This document shows positions 12,758-21,851 of a DNA stretch of 64,000 nt, piece after piece. Under the pieces are notes generated by a model. It was not told where the DNA came from and ran no database searches. It saw only the letters and a list, made by a program, of their open reading frames with translations. Numbering within the stretch: position 1 is the stretch's first letter; the number at the start of each line of letters is the position of its first letter. A program made the position numbers and the translations under genes. This stretch comes from Acidobacteriota bacterium (GTDB lineage Bacteria > Acidobacteriota > UBA6911 > RPQK01 > CBDEGM01), in NCBI GenBank assembly GCA_965237715.1, contig CBDEGM010000002.1, forward strand, positions 565,836-629,835, written 5' to 3'.

Positions 12758-14851
12758 ATGACTCAAAAAGGAACTAGTGGGACCAGTGAGGCTCAAATTG
12801 CCGTTCATTGGAAGGAGGAAGAATATATTCGCCCGCCGACACAGTTTGTCGCTCAGGCTAACATGACCGACTCTGGCATTTATGAGCGCTTTCGCCTGGA
12901 TCGCTTCCCGGAGTGTTTTAAAGAGTACGCCGATCTGCTCTGCTGGTATCAGTACTGGCACACGACACTGGATACGAGCGACGCGCCCTGCTGGAAGTGG
13001 TTTGTGGGCGGGAAGATCAATGCTTCCTACAACTGCGTGGATCGGCACTTGGCGAAGCACAAGAATAAAGCTGCAATTCTTTATGTGCCTGAACCCGAGG
13101 AAGAAGCAGAGGAAACGATCACGTATCAGGAGCTGTACGTCAGGGTCAACGAGGTGGCTGCCCTCCTTTCGGATTTTTCTGGACTCAAAGTAGGGGATCG
13201 AGTGACGATCCACATGCCCATGGTTCCGGAGCTCCCCATCACCATGCTTGCCTGTGCTCGACTGGGAGTCATCCACTCTGTGGTGTTTGGAGGCTTCAGC
13301 GGAAGATCGTGCGGAGAACGGATCGCAGATTCTGGGAGTCGAGTCTTGGTGACCATGGACGGGTATTACCGATCGGGTAAGCTCCTTAACCACAAGGAGA
13401 AAGCGGATACGGCCGTTGAGGTAGCCAAGGAAGAGGGCCAGGTGGTCGATAAGGTCTTGGTCTGGAGGCGCTACCGCGGGAAGTATAGTTCGGAAACGCC
13501 CATGGTGGAAGGACGCGATCACTTTGTGGATGAGGTGCTTAAGGACTATACGGGTAGAAGGGTAGAGCCGGTTCCCATGCCGGCGGAGGCTCCCCTGTTT
13601 CTGATGTACACAAGCGGCACCACGGGCAGGCCAAAAGGTTGTCAGCATGGCACAGGTGGCTATCTGGCTTATGTGGCGGGAACTTCTAGGTATGTGCAGG
13701 ACATTCACCCCGAAGATGTCTACTGGTGCATGGCCGATATCGGCTGGATCACCGGGCATTCGTATATTGTCTATGGTCCCATGTCACTGGCCGCCACAGG
13801 CGTAATCTATGAAGGTGTTCCGACTTATCCGGACTCAGGGCGACCCTGGAGAATCGCCCAGCAGCTGGATGTCAACATATTCCATACAGCACCGACTACG
13901 ATCCGCATGTTGAGAAAGGCCGGTCCCGATGAGCCCCAAAAGTACCACTACCATTTTAAGCACATGACGACGGTGGGAGAGCCCATCGAACCGGAGGTCT
14001 GGCGGTGGTACCACGAAGTCGTCGGAAAGAGGGAGGCGGTCATTGTGGATACATGGTGGCAGACGGAAACGGGTGGCTTTCTCTGCAGCACGATGCCCGG
14101 CCTCCAAGGCATGAAGCCCGGAAGTGCTGGCCCGGCAATGCCGGGCGTTCATCCCGTGATCTACGACGAGAAGGGCATGGAAGTGGAGGCGGGATCCGGC
14201 AGGGCGGGAAACATCTGCATTCGCAATCCCTGGCCGGGGATATTCCAGACAATTTGGGGGGATCGAGAGCGGTTCGTTTCGACTTACTTTGCCAAATACT
14301 GCAAGAACAAGAAGAGCAAGGACTGGCGTGACTGGCCCTACTTTACCGGCGACGGAGCTATGCAGGCTGAAGACGGCTACTATCGGATCTTGGGTCGGGT
14401 GGATGACGTGATCAATGTGGCAGGCCATCGTTTGGGCACGAAAGAGCTGGAATCCGCCAGTCTTACAGTCGAGGAAGTTGCAGAATCCGCCGCCGTGCCC
14501 GTGGCGGATGAGATCAAAGGCCGGGTCCCGGACCTCTATGTTGCTCTCAAGCCCGGTTATCAGACCAGCAAAGATGTGGAGCAAAAGGTGACGAAAGCGA
14601 TCGAGACCATGATTGGCAAAATAGCAAGACCAAAGCATGTCTATATCGTCCCGGATATGCCCAAGACCCGTTCCGGTAAAATCGTGCGCCGCGTCCTGGC
14701 AGCAGTCTCCAACGCTTTGGATATAGGTGATGTTACGACATTAGCGAATCCGGAAGTGGTGGAGGAGATTCGCAAGATGGTTCAGGCCGAGGGGGTTGTC
14801 GTGACGAAAGAGGGCCCGGAAGATATGAAGCGTTTCGGCGAGGAACGCTGA
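12758..14851 (+). CDS. acs: Acetate--CoA ligase
   Basis: YTSGTTGRPKG, ADIGWITGHSY, DTWWQTETGG, PKTRSGK. Confidence 0.96.
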   Translation: MTQKGTSGTSEAQIAVHWKEEEYIRPPTQFVAQANMTDSGIYERFRLDRFPECFKEYADLLCWYQYWHTTLDTSDAPCWKWFVGGKINASYNCVDRHLAKHKNKAAILYVPEPEEEAEETITYQELYVRVNEVAALLSDFSGLKVGDRVTIHMPMVPELPITMLACARLGVIHSVVFGGFSGRSCGERIADSGSRVLVTMDGYYRSGKLLNHKEKADTAVEVAKEEGQVVDKVLVWRRYRGKYSSETPMVEGRDHFVDEVLKDYTGRRVEPVPMPAEAPLFLMYTSGTTGRPKGCQHGTGGYLAYVAGTSRYVQDIHPEDVYWCMADIGWITGHSYIVYGPMSLAATGVIYEGVPTYPDSGRPWRIAQQLDVNIFHTAPTTIRMLRKAGPDEPQKYHYHFKHMTTVGEPIEPEVWRWYHEVVGKREAVIVDTWWQTETGGFLCSTMPGLQGMKPGSAGPAMPGVHPVIYDEKGMEVEAGSGRAGNICIRNPWPGIFQTIWGDRERFVSTYFAKYCKNKKSKDWRDWPYFTGDGAMQAEDGYYRILGRVDDVINVAGHRLGTKELESASLTVEEVAESAAVPVADEIKGRVPDLYVALKPGYQTSKDVEQKVTKAIETMIGKIARPKHVYIVPDMPKTRSGKIVRRVLAAVSNALDIGDVTTLANPEVVEEIRKMVQAEGVVVTKEGPEDMKRFGEER

Positions 14852-14911
14852 TGAAAGATCCCTGGCGTCTTCAGACCGTTTCAGGTTCCGGGATTTTGAA
14901 CTCGGGTGTTT

Positions 14912-16081
14912 CTACTCGAATGCTGGGATCCCGGTGATGCTCTCTCCCAAGATCAAGGTATGAATGTCATGGGTGCCCTCGTAGGTGTAGACGGATTCCA
15001 AATTGGCCATATGGCGAAATACCGGATATTCGCTGAGAATCCCGTTGGCTCCTAGAATATCCCGGGCCAGGCGTGCGATTTGGAGGGACACGGCGACATT
15101 GTTGCGCTTGGCCATGGAGATCTGTTGGGGCCGGGTTTTCCCTTCATCTTTGAGCCGTCCCAGCTGGTAAGCAAGCAACTGACCCTTGGTGATCTCGGTG
15201 AGCATAAAAACGAGCTTTTCCTGCACCAGCTGGTGGGAAGCTATGGGCCGATTGGCAAATTGTTTTCGCTCCAGTGCCCACCACCACGCCGTATCGTAAC
15301 AGGCCATGGCGCTTCCCATGACTCCCCAGGCGATGCCGTAACGGGCCTGATCCAGACACATGAGTGCATTCTTGAGTCCTTCGGTCTTGGGAAGCAGGTT
15401 GGCTTCGGGGATGTGGCAATCGTCAAAGACCAGCTCAGAAGTGACCGAGGCACGCAAGGAATGCTTGTTGCGGTATTCCTTGCTCTGGAAACCTTTCCTT
15501 TCTTTCTCTACCAGGAAGCCGCGAATTCGGTCGTTGTCGCAGCGGGCCCACACTACGGCGATGTCGGCAAGACTACCGTTGGTGATCCACGCCTTGGTCC
15601 CGTTGAGAACGAAGCTCTTGCCCTGTTTCCGGGCTCGGGTCTGCAGGGCTGCCGGATTGGAGCCCGAATCCGGCTCCGTCAGGCCGAAGCACCCGATTGC
15701 CGATCCAGACCGCAGCCGGGGCAGCCACTCTTCTTTCTGAGCCTCGCTTCCAAACGTCAGGATGGGATACATGACCAGCGAGCTCTGCACGGAGACGAAG
15801 CTGCGAAGTGAGCTGTCGCCCCGCTCCAGCTCTTGCATCATAAGACCGCAGGCTACGCTGTTGAGGCTGGCGCAGCCATAGCCGTCGAGATTGGCTCCCA
15901 GATAGCCGAGTCGGCCCATGGGTTCGACGAGATGCGCCGTAAAGGTTCCTTCCGCGTAGTGCTTCTCGATAATGGAAACAACATTGTCCTCCACAAAGGA
16001 ACGCACACTCTCGCGCACCAGCTTTTCGTCATCACTGAGGAGCCGATCAATCTCCATGAAATCAACACCTTGAAAAGGCAT
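14912..16081 (-). CDS. Acyl-CoA dehydrogenase, glutaryl-CoA dehydrogenase-like
   Basis: GCFGLTEPDSGS, LNGTKAWITN, YTYEGTHDIH. Confidence 0.9.
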   Translation of the reverse strand: MPFQGVDFMEIDRLLSDDEKLVRESVRSFVEDNVVSIIEKHYAEGTFTAHLVEPMGRLGYLGANLDGYGCASLNSVACGLMMQELERGDSSLRSFVSVQSSLVMYPILTFGSEAQKEEWLPRLRSGSAIGCFGLTEPDSGSNPAALQTRARKQGKSFVLNGTKAWITNGSLADIAVVWARCDNDRIRGFLVEKERKGFQSKEYRNKHSLRASVTSELVFDDCHIPEANLLPKTEGLKNALMCLDQARYGIAWGVMGSAMACYDTAWWWALERKQFANRPIASHQLVQEKLVFMLTEITKGQLLAYQLGRLKDEGKTRPQQISMAKRNNVAVSLQIARLARDILGANGILSEYPVFRHMANLESVYTYEGTHDIHTLILGESITGIPAFE

Positions 16082-16215
16082 GCTGCGGAATATAGCACCC
16101 GGGTAGTTGGTGGGCAAGCGCACTCAGGAGCAGCTTGCAGACCTGCGGGAGGGCCTGTTATGCTTCCCAACACGAGCGCAGTCTGAAATGGAGGGGGGGG
16201 GGTTGCTAATCGGCT

Positions 16216-17217
16216 GTGATCATCGGTCTCAGTGGGAGGAATGCTTCCGGAAAGGGGGTTGTAGCGGAGCTCCTCAAGTCGAGGGGATTCTACTTTTTCT
16301 CACTCTCGGATGTCATTCGCGAAGAAGTCAGGAAACGGGGAGGAGAGGTTACCCGTCGGCGTTTGATCGAGGTTGGAAATGAGCTGAGGTCAGAGCATGG
16401 GACGGATTACCTGGCTCGCCAGATCCTTGCCCGCCTTCAGGAAGACAAGAACTATGTCGTGGATTCGTTCCGTCATCCTGATGAGGTGGAGGTTTTTCGG
16501 GACCGGGCGGATTTTTACCTCCTGGTCACGGAGGCTGATCCGGAAACTCGCTTCGCTCGGATCAAAGCACGAGGGCGAGAAAGCGACCCCGATCGCCTGG
16601 AAGAATTTTTGGCTCTGGAGAAGCGTGAAGAGGCCAGCGCTCACGCTGAGCGCCAGCAGCTCGCTGCCAGTGAGCAACTCGCGGATTTTCGGCTGCTGAA
16701 TAATGGTTCGATTCCAGAATTTAAGCAGAAGGTTTGCCAGCTCCTGGAGAAACTGATGCCAAATCTGCAGCGGCCCGACTGGGACGAGTACTTCATAATG
16801 TTGGCCAAGGTGGCGGCGCTTCGCAGCAACTGTGTGAAGCGTAAGGTGGCAGCCATTATTGTGCGCGACCGAAGGGTGATCTCGACAGGATACAACGGCA
16901 CTCCCCGAGGGACGCGAAATTGTTACGAGGGGGGTTGCCCACGCTGTAATAGTCTGGCGGAGAGCGGCACGCAGTTGGAAGAATGCCTCTGTTCACACGG
17001 CGAGGAAAACGCCATCACTCAGGCAGCCTATCATGGCGTGAGCGTTAAAGAGAGTACGCTTTATAGTACCTTTGCACCCTGCCTGATGTGTGCGAAGATG
17101 ATCATCAATGCGGGAATCCGAGAGGTAGTCTACAACCTAGACTATCCATTGAATGAAACCTCCTTCAAACTACTTCAGGAAGCAAGAATTCTCTGCCGCC
17201 AGCACCGGGTGGAGTGA
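16216..17217 (+). CDS. P-loop kinase fused to dCMP/dCTP-type deaminase
   Basis: N-terminal GLSGRNASGKG Walker A; C-terminal RPDWDEYF, TGYNG, HGEENA, PCLMC zinc motifs. Confidence 0.9.
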   Translation: MIIGLSGRNASGKGVVAELLKSRGFYFFSLSDVIREEVRKRGGEVTRRRLIEVGNELRSEHGTDYLARQILARLQEDKNYVVDSFRHPDEVEVFRDRADFYLLVTEADPETRFARIKARGRESDPDRLEEFLALEKREEASAHAERQQLAASEQLADFRLLNNGSIPEFKQKVCQLLEKLMPNLQRPDWDEYFIMLAKVAALRSNCVKRKVAAIIVRDRRVISTGYNGTPRGTRNCYEGGCPRCNSLAESGTQLEECLCSHGEENAITQAAYHGVSVKESTLYSTFAPCLMCAKMIINAGIREVVYNLDYPLNETSFKLLQEARILCRQHRVE

Positions 17218-17219
17218 TC

Positions 17220-17292
17220 TTTGTGCCCTTGGTGCCTTCGTGTCTTGGCGATTCAGTTTTTCACCACAAAGACACGAAGATCGCCCAGGGCA
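17220..17292. terminator. Imperfect inverted repeat between convergent genes (possible bidirectional terminator)
   Basis: TGCCCT-GG..CTTCGTGTCTT pairs with AAGACACGAAG..CCAGGGCA. Confidence 0.5.
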
Positions 17293-18663
17293 TTAAGACG
17301 TCCGCGAGAACTCGTCCAGAAAGTAAGCAGCGCTCCTGATCCCTCCGTAAAAATTACCCAGATCCAGCTTCTCGTTAGGGGCGTGTGCGTTTTCATCGGG
17401 GAGCCCGATGCCCATCAGGACGGTCGGGATGTTCAGGAGCTCAGAAAAGGTGGCTACCACGGGGATCGATCCTCCCTCACGCTGGAAAACAGGCCGTCGA
17501 CCAAAACCCTTTTCAAGGGCATTGGAGGCGGCGACCAAGGCGGGATGGTCCAAAGAGGCCACCCAGGGTTTGCCTCCGTGCATCCTGGTCACCTTTATTT
17601 CGACGGATCGTGGGGCAATCGCTTCCAGATGCTTCTCGACGAGATCTTCAATCTTTAGCGGGTCCTGATCGGGGACCAGCCTCATGCTGACCTTGGCCAT
17701 GGCCCTGGAGGGCAAGACGGTTTTTGCTCCCTCGCCGGTAAAACCGCTCAGTAGCCCATTGACTTCGAAGGTGGGCCGCGCCCACACCCTCTCCAGCGGG
17801 GAAAACCCCTCCTCGCCTGCCAACTCGTCAACGCCTAAATCCGCCTTGTAGGCACTCTCGTCGAACGGAAGAGAAGCGAACTCCTTTCGCTCCCGCTCGG
17901 TCAGATCACGAACATCGTCGTAAAAATGCGGGATGGCAATGCGGCCTTTGTCGTTCTTCATTGAGGCCAGCATGCGAGAGAGCTCAAAGGCTGGATTGGC
18001 AACTGTCCCACCAAAAGAACCGGAATGAAGGTCCTGGCTTGGACCCCTCATGTCAATTTGCAGGTACACCAACCCTCGCAGGCCGTAGCCGATGGAGGGG
18101 ACGCCCCGCGCGAACATCGTCGAGTCGGAAACCATCACCACGTCAGCTTTCACGAGATCCTGGTGGGATTCGATGAATTGATCAAGATGGGGACTTCCGA
18201 CTTCTTCTTCGCCCTCGATTAGATACTTCAGATTGAGAGGGAGCTGCTGCCGTGTCTCGGTGTAGGCTTCGGCGCTCTTGAAGTGGATGAAAATCTGCCC
18301 TTTGTCGTCGGCCGCTCCCCGCGCGTACAACTCGCCGTCACGTATGGTGGGTTGGAAAGGCGCCGATTCCCAAAGCTCGATGGGATCGACTGGCTGGACA
18401 TCGTAGTGGCCGTAAACCAGCACGGTCGGTTTCTCTTCATCCTCTATGCGCTGCCCGTAAACAAGAGGATGTCCTGGAGTTTGAAATATTTCGATTTTCT
18501 GCATTCCTGCTTTGCCGAGTTGATCGGCTACGAAGTCGGCCGCTCTTCCTACCTCTTCCTTCTTTTCCGTGTCGGTGCTGATGCTGGGTATTCGAAGAAA
18601 GTCTTTCAGCTCATCGAGAAAACGATTTTGGTTTTTTTCGATGTATTTGATGACATCATTCAT
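17293..18663 (-). CDS. M20 family metallo-dipeptidase
   Basis: YGHYDVQP, ARGAADDKGQ, EGEEEVGS, HAPNEK; GGAGG RBS. Confidence 0.93.
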   Translation of the reverse strand: MNDVIKYIEKNQNRFLDELKDFLRIPSISTDTEKKEEVGRAADFVADQLGKAGMQKIEIFQTPGHPLVYGQRIEDEEKPTVLVYGHYDVQPVDPIELWESAPFQPTIRDGELYARGAADDKGQIFIHFKSAEAYTETRQQLPLNLKYLIEGEEEVGSPHLDQFIESHQDLVKADVVMVSDSTMFARGVPSIGYGLRGLVYLQIDMRGPSQDLHSGSFGGTVANPAFELSRMLASMKNDKGRIAIPHFYDDVRDLTERERKEFASLPFDESAYKADLGVDELAGEEGFSPLERVWARPTFEVNGLLSGFTGEGAKTVLPSRAMAKVSMRLVPDQDPLKIEDLVEKHLEAIAPRSVEIKVTRMHGGKPWVASLDHPALVAASNALEKGFGRRPVFQREGGSIPVVATFSELLNIPTVLMGIGLPDENAHAPNEKLDLGNFYGGIRSAAYFLDEFSRTS

Positions 18664-18687
18664 GACAACCTCCTACCCAATTCTACT

Positions 18688-18729
18688 CTGAGTACTCCCT
18701 TTCATAAATACATTACCGTATTTATGAAA
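18688..18729. repeat. Left part of a perfect palindrome interrupted by IS1595 (right part 21810-21829)
   Basis: The empty site reconstructs to CTGAGTACTCCCTTTCATAAATAC-ATTACC-GTATTTATGAAAGGGAGTACTCAG. Confidence 0.85.
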
Positions 18730-18782
18730 GGGGAATATAAGACCTACTTGACGTACATGGTAACGAGGTGTAGTTTGTTTGG

Positions 18783-19382
18783 GTGCGTTGGCAAAAATGG
18801 TCCAGATGGATTGGAGCGAAGCCAGTATCAAGGATTGCAATTATTGCGCTGGTGCCAGGGATTGTCGGTGCGATTGGCGGAGGAATCTGGGAGTACATCA
18901 TGACTAGGGGACTATCAGGCTGGGTTCCGCTCTATGCAGGTCTGATTTCTGGGTTGATTTCGGGAATCGGAACCCTATTGTTTTCGTGGTATCTGGCGAC
19001 GGCTCACCCTTTGGACCTGAACCACTGAGAATTCTCACCTCGTAAGCCATCTGAGTTGGTGGCAGAAATTAACGGCCTTACCGGCATAGCCAGGCAATCC
19101 GTCATAGACCGACACGCCAACAAATGGTTGCGTGTAGCTGGAACTGTGTACGATGTTTTCGACAAAAACCAGCTAGTAATTGTGTGTTTGGATGGTAGCG
19201 ATATTGGACCTAACTACTGGTTAGAATTCGACGCTTCCGACTGGCGAGACTCGCTAAAAACACTTAATGTCGGCGGCCAAATCAGGGCGACCGGGAAAAT
19301 AAAATCGTTCAACTCTCTGTATATTGTCCTTGCTCAGTGCGAGAAGGAGCAGGGGTTACACAATCTGAGCGCAATACAATGA
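18783..19382 (+). CDS. Passenger hypothetical protein: two TM helices plus a probable OB-fold domain (ORFs 18783-19028 and 19056-19382, probably one frameshifted gene)
   Basis: Hydrophobic Gly-rich helices, then a beta-rich KWLRVAGTVYDV...GQIRATGKI...LAQCE pattern. Confidence 0.5.
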
Positions 19383-20733
19383 GCGCGCCCAACTGGGCCA
19401 ACCAGACCATCTGGACCGGGGATAACCTGCCGATCATGCGGGGCATGAACTCGGAGTCGGTAGACCTTATCTACTTAGACCCCCCCCCTTCAACAGCAAT
19501 ACGAACTACGCTGCTCCCATTGGCAGCAAGGCTGCTGGAGCCGAGTTCAAGGATACCTGGACTCTCACGGACATCAACGTCGAGTGGGTGAACCTGATCG
19601 AGGCCAAGCACCCGGCACTCTACCGAGTTCTGCTGGCGGCCATGACGGACAGCGACAAGTCCTATCTGATCTACATGGCCGCTCGACTTCTCGAAATCAG
19701 GAGGATTCTCAAGCCCAAAGGCTCGATCTACCTGCACTGTGACCCGACCATGAGCCACTACCTCAAACTGCTCATGGACGCGGTTTTCGGTAAACGTAAC
19801 TTCAGAAACGAAATCATCTGGAAGCGCAACTCATCACATAACGACTCGAAGGCATTTGGCCGCGTGGTCGACTCGCTCCTATTCTACGGCCCGCCAATAA
19901 GGACCGATTCCGTCCGTGTCCCGCTAAGCACAGATTACACTGAGAAGTTTTACCGTCACCGGGACCACCGAGGACTGTATCGACACGACAACATTATTCG
20001 ATCCGCATCGATGGGCGAACGGCCTAACCTGACCTATGAGTACAAAGGCTTTACGCCACCCTTTGGGTGGCGAATGACCAAAGACAAGATAACGGCGCTG
20101 GACGCGGAAAACCGAATAGCTTGGTCTGCATCTGGGCGACCCTATCTGAAACGCTATTTGAGTGAGAACAAGGGGCAGGTTCCGTCGGCGATCTGGACCG
20201 ATATTTCGCCAATTTCAGGCCATGCCAAGGAACGAGTCGGCTATCCGACGCAGAAACCTGTCGCGCTACTGGCTCGCATCATCCAAGCAAGCTCCAACAC
20301 GGGTGATATGGTTCTGGACCCGTTCTGCGGATGCGCCACGGCCTCCATTACGGCTCAGGGTTTACACAGGCAGTGGGTAGGAATCGATATCTCTCCCAAG
20401 GCCGCCGATCTAGTTCAACAGAGAATGCATGACGAACTGGGCCTATTTTCCAAGGTCATCCACCGCACGGATACTCCCAAACGCACGGACCTAGGAACGC
20501 TCCCTAGGTACAACTCCGATGCCAATCGAAAGGAGATCTGCGGCGATCAGGAAGGTCACTGCAACGGATGTCGGATCCACTTCGAGCTACGCAACTTGGA
20601 GGTAGGCCACATCATCTCCAAGGGCAAAGGCGGGACCGATCACATTGGAAACCTGCAACTTCTTTGTGGGAACTGTAATCGGATCAAAGGAGACCGTGGC
20701 ATGGAGTACCTGAAAGCGAAGCTACAGATATGA
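19379..20733 (+). CDS. Beta-class N4/N6 DNA methyltransferase fused to a C-terminal HNH domain (frameshift in the C-run at 19480-19488)
   Basis: DLIYLDPP(F), YPTQKP, VLDPFCGCAT; C-terminal CNGC...HIISKGKGGTDHIGNLQLLCGNCN. Confidence 0.88.
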
Positions 20734-21756
20734 GAAAACGACCTGACTATGGAAACGCAACCCCGGAAGACTTGGTGAGAGCTCTTCTGCGCGTGCACCG
20801 GAAGACAGCCCGTTATCGGCAATCAGTTCCTGGTACATCAGTTGTTTCCCAGCCAAGCCCCGCACAACCCGTCTCATCTGGTGCAGAGTGTCCAGCTGGC
20901 GAAGGTTGTGCTTCCCAGCGAACTCACGAACATAGCGATCCAGATGTTTAGGACTGATCTTGTGAAAGACTCCCGTATGCGCCCTTTTGAGCATAGACCA
21001 GAAGCTCTCGACGCCATTGGTATACGCTTTCCCTCGCACATACTCACCAATCGAGTGCTTAACCGTCTCATGATTCGGAAGGGTGTGGTAGGTCAAAGCG
21101 TCATCGGTGTAGATTTTGGTTCCCAGCTTGACGTGCTCCATAATGAAAAGGCTCATGGTCTCAGACTTGGTATTGCGGACAACTTGGGCGGAGACTTGAT
21201 TAGAGGATCGATCTTTGATCCCCGCTACAGCCATTTTGCCAGTCGGTCCACGACCACTCATCTGAGCTCTCTTGGTCTTGTTCATGTTCCTGCGCTTTCC
21301 TCCTATGTAGGTCTCATCGACTTCGACCGGGCCGGAGAAAGACGTTCCACCGTTTTTAGTTCTGGTCCAGGCTTCTCGAATTCTGTGGAGCATGAACCAT
21401 GCAGCGGGTTGACTGACCCCAATGTCGCTCGCCAACTTGGTGGAGGCGATGCTCTTCAAACTGGTCAGTTCCAGATAAATGGCCATAGCCCATTTGTGGA
21501 GCGAGAGGTTTGTTTTGGCAATGGGCGTCCCAGTGCGGACCGAGAAATACCGCTCGCAATCTCGGCACCGATACGGCATGGGCTTTCGGTTGGGCACGGT
21601 GTAGGTATTGGTGGACCCGCAATGCCCACAACACCTTTCCTCTGGCCACAGTGTCTTTTCAAACCACTCCTCAGCTGCTTTTTCGTTGGGGAACATGTCC
21701 ATCAAGTGGATAATGTTGAGTTTCCTGCGTTGCCGGTTTCTTGTTTGTTTTCCCAT
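20722..21756 (-). CDS. IS1595-family DDE transposase with N-terminal zinc ribbon
   Basis: CGHC..CRDC, VEVDETYIGG, IYTDD, TNGVESFWSMLKR. Confidence 0.95.
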   Translation of the reverse strand: MGKQTRNRQRRKLNIIHLMDMFPNEKAAEEWFEKTLWPEERCCGHCGSTNTYTVPNRKPMPYRCRDCERYFSVRTGTPIAKTNLSLHKWAMAIYLELTSLKSIASTKLASDIGVSQPAAWFMLHRIREAWTRTKNGGTSFSGPVEVDETYIGGKRRNMNKTKRAQMSGRGPTGKMAVAGIKDRSSNQVSAQVVRNTKSETMSLFIMEHVKLGTKIYTDDALTYHTLPNHETVKHSIGEYVRGKAYTNGVESFWSMLKRAHTGVFHKISPKHLDRYVREFAGKHNLRQLDTLHQMRRVVRGLAGKQLMYQELIADNGLSSGARAEELSPSLPGLRFHSQVVFSYL

Positions 21757-21851
21757 AGGAGTATTATATGTCAGGAGAAGGGAAAAGTCAAGTAGGTCTT
21801 ATAATCCCATTATGAAAGGGAGTACTCAGCAGATGCATCAGGTGTAGCTGT

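Larger units (their letters stand above)
18730..21809 (-). mobile_element. IS1595-family transporter IS (3080 bp) with passenger genes
   Basis: TIRs GGGAATATAAGACCTACTTGAC (18731-18752) and GTCAAGTAGGTCTTATAATCCC (21787-21808); 8-bp target duplication TTATGAAA at 18722-18729 and 21810-21817. Confidence 0.93.
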
